Below are positions 63,993 through 64,000 of a stretch of DNA of 64,000 bases, piece by piece. The number at the start of each line of letters is the position of its first letter. Position 1 is the first letter of the stretch. The translations under genes were made by a program, and so were the position numbers. Origin of the DNA: Armatimonadota bacterium. GTDB taxonomy: Bacteria > Armatimonadota > Zipacnadia > Zipacnadales > Zipacnadaceae. Under the pieces are notes generated by a model. That model did not search any database, was not told the DNA's origin, and worked only from the letters and a program-made list of their open reading frames with translations. Location: contig DASXVN010000005.1 in NCBI GenBank assembly GCA_036504235.1, positions 76,497 to 140,496 on the forward strand, in the 5' to 3' direction.

Positions 63993-64000
63993 GCCCAGCA

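Noticed and set aside
1-64000. CRISPR arrays, tRNA/rRNA genes, transposases and integrases.
   Set aside because: I found no regularly spaced direct repeats and no tRNA-like or rRNA-like segments in the few intergenic regions larger than 100 nt. No ORF has transposase or integrase motifs (DDE, tyrosine-recombinase RxxH...Y). The only repeats are the two REP-like copies reported above.

Overview
This is a high-GC window (about 68-70% GC) with dense coding and the look of a Planctomycetota/Verrucomicrobiota-type genome: DUF1559 'H-X9-DG' pseudopilin-like proteins, very large secreted multidomain proteins, and many spurious antisense ORFs. The taxonomic guess is low confidence. No rRNA, tRNA, CRISPR array, transposase or integrase was recognised.

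Layout of the window:
- 1-9475: a truncated hypothetical gene, a URO-D-family gene, a 1421-aa secreted protein with repeated CBM4/9-like modules ('NPGFEEG'), and a convergent secreted protein built of carboxypeptidase-regulatory-like repeats.
- 9476-9820: an AT-rich divergent promoter island.
- 9821-13577: a CreD-family membrane protein followed by two translationally coupled paralogous DUF1559 proteins. Each replaces the normal prepilin leader with a conserved cytoplasmic N-terminal domain and a transmembrane helix; the second also carries a PKD domain.
- 14719-29577: four large (727-1731 aa) glycan-associated proteins in a row, three with signal peptides. Two have a GATase1-like module; one also has NHL-like repeats and CBM9-like domains.
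- 29730-33566: a compact four-gene cassette of a B12-binding radical SAM protein, an SRPBCC cyclase/dehydratase, a KAS I/II ketosynthase and a SAM methyltransferase. I consider this an undescribed lipid or polyketide tailoring system.
- 33665-39025: a cupredoxin-domain protein, a 2-oxoacid/acetoin dehydrogenase E2-E1alpha-E1beta operon and a PfkB kinase.
- 39033-51063: a class II aldolase, a beta-helix pectate-lyase-like protein, a GH35 beta-galactosidase, an FGGY kinase and several large hypothetical proteins. Two copies of a ~60-bp intergenic REP/MITE-like repeat sit at 39033 and 44744. Two LacI-type palindromes with an AACGTT core (25715 and 40771) and two clean intrinsic terminators are also here.
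- 51071-64000 (minus strand): a 13-gene sugar-tailoring operon in which many junctions use ATGA or TGATG start/stop overlaps. It holds Qor, GT2, an RmlD-like reductase, FkbM, four SAM methyltransferases, a 4,6-dehydratase, a kinase, a HAD phosphatase, a Zn-ADH, a split transketolase and an epimerase. The gene set resembles ketol-transfer routes to unusual sugars.
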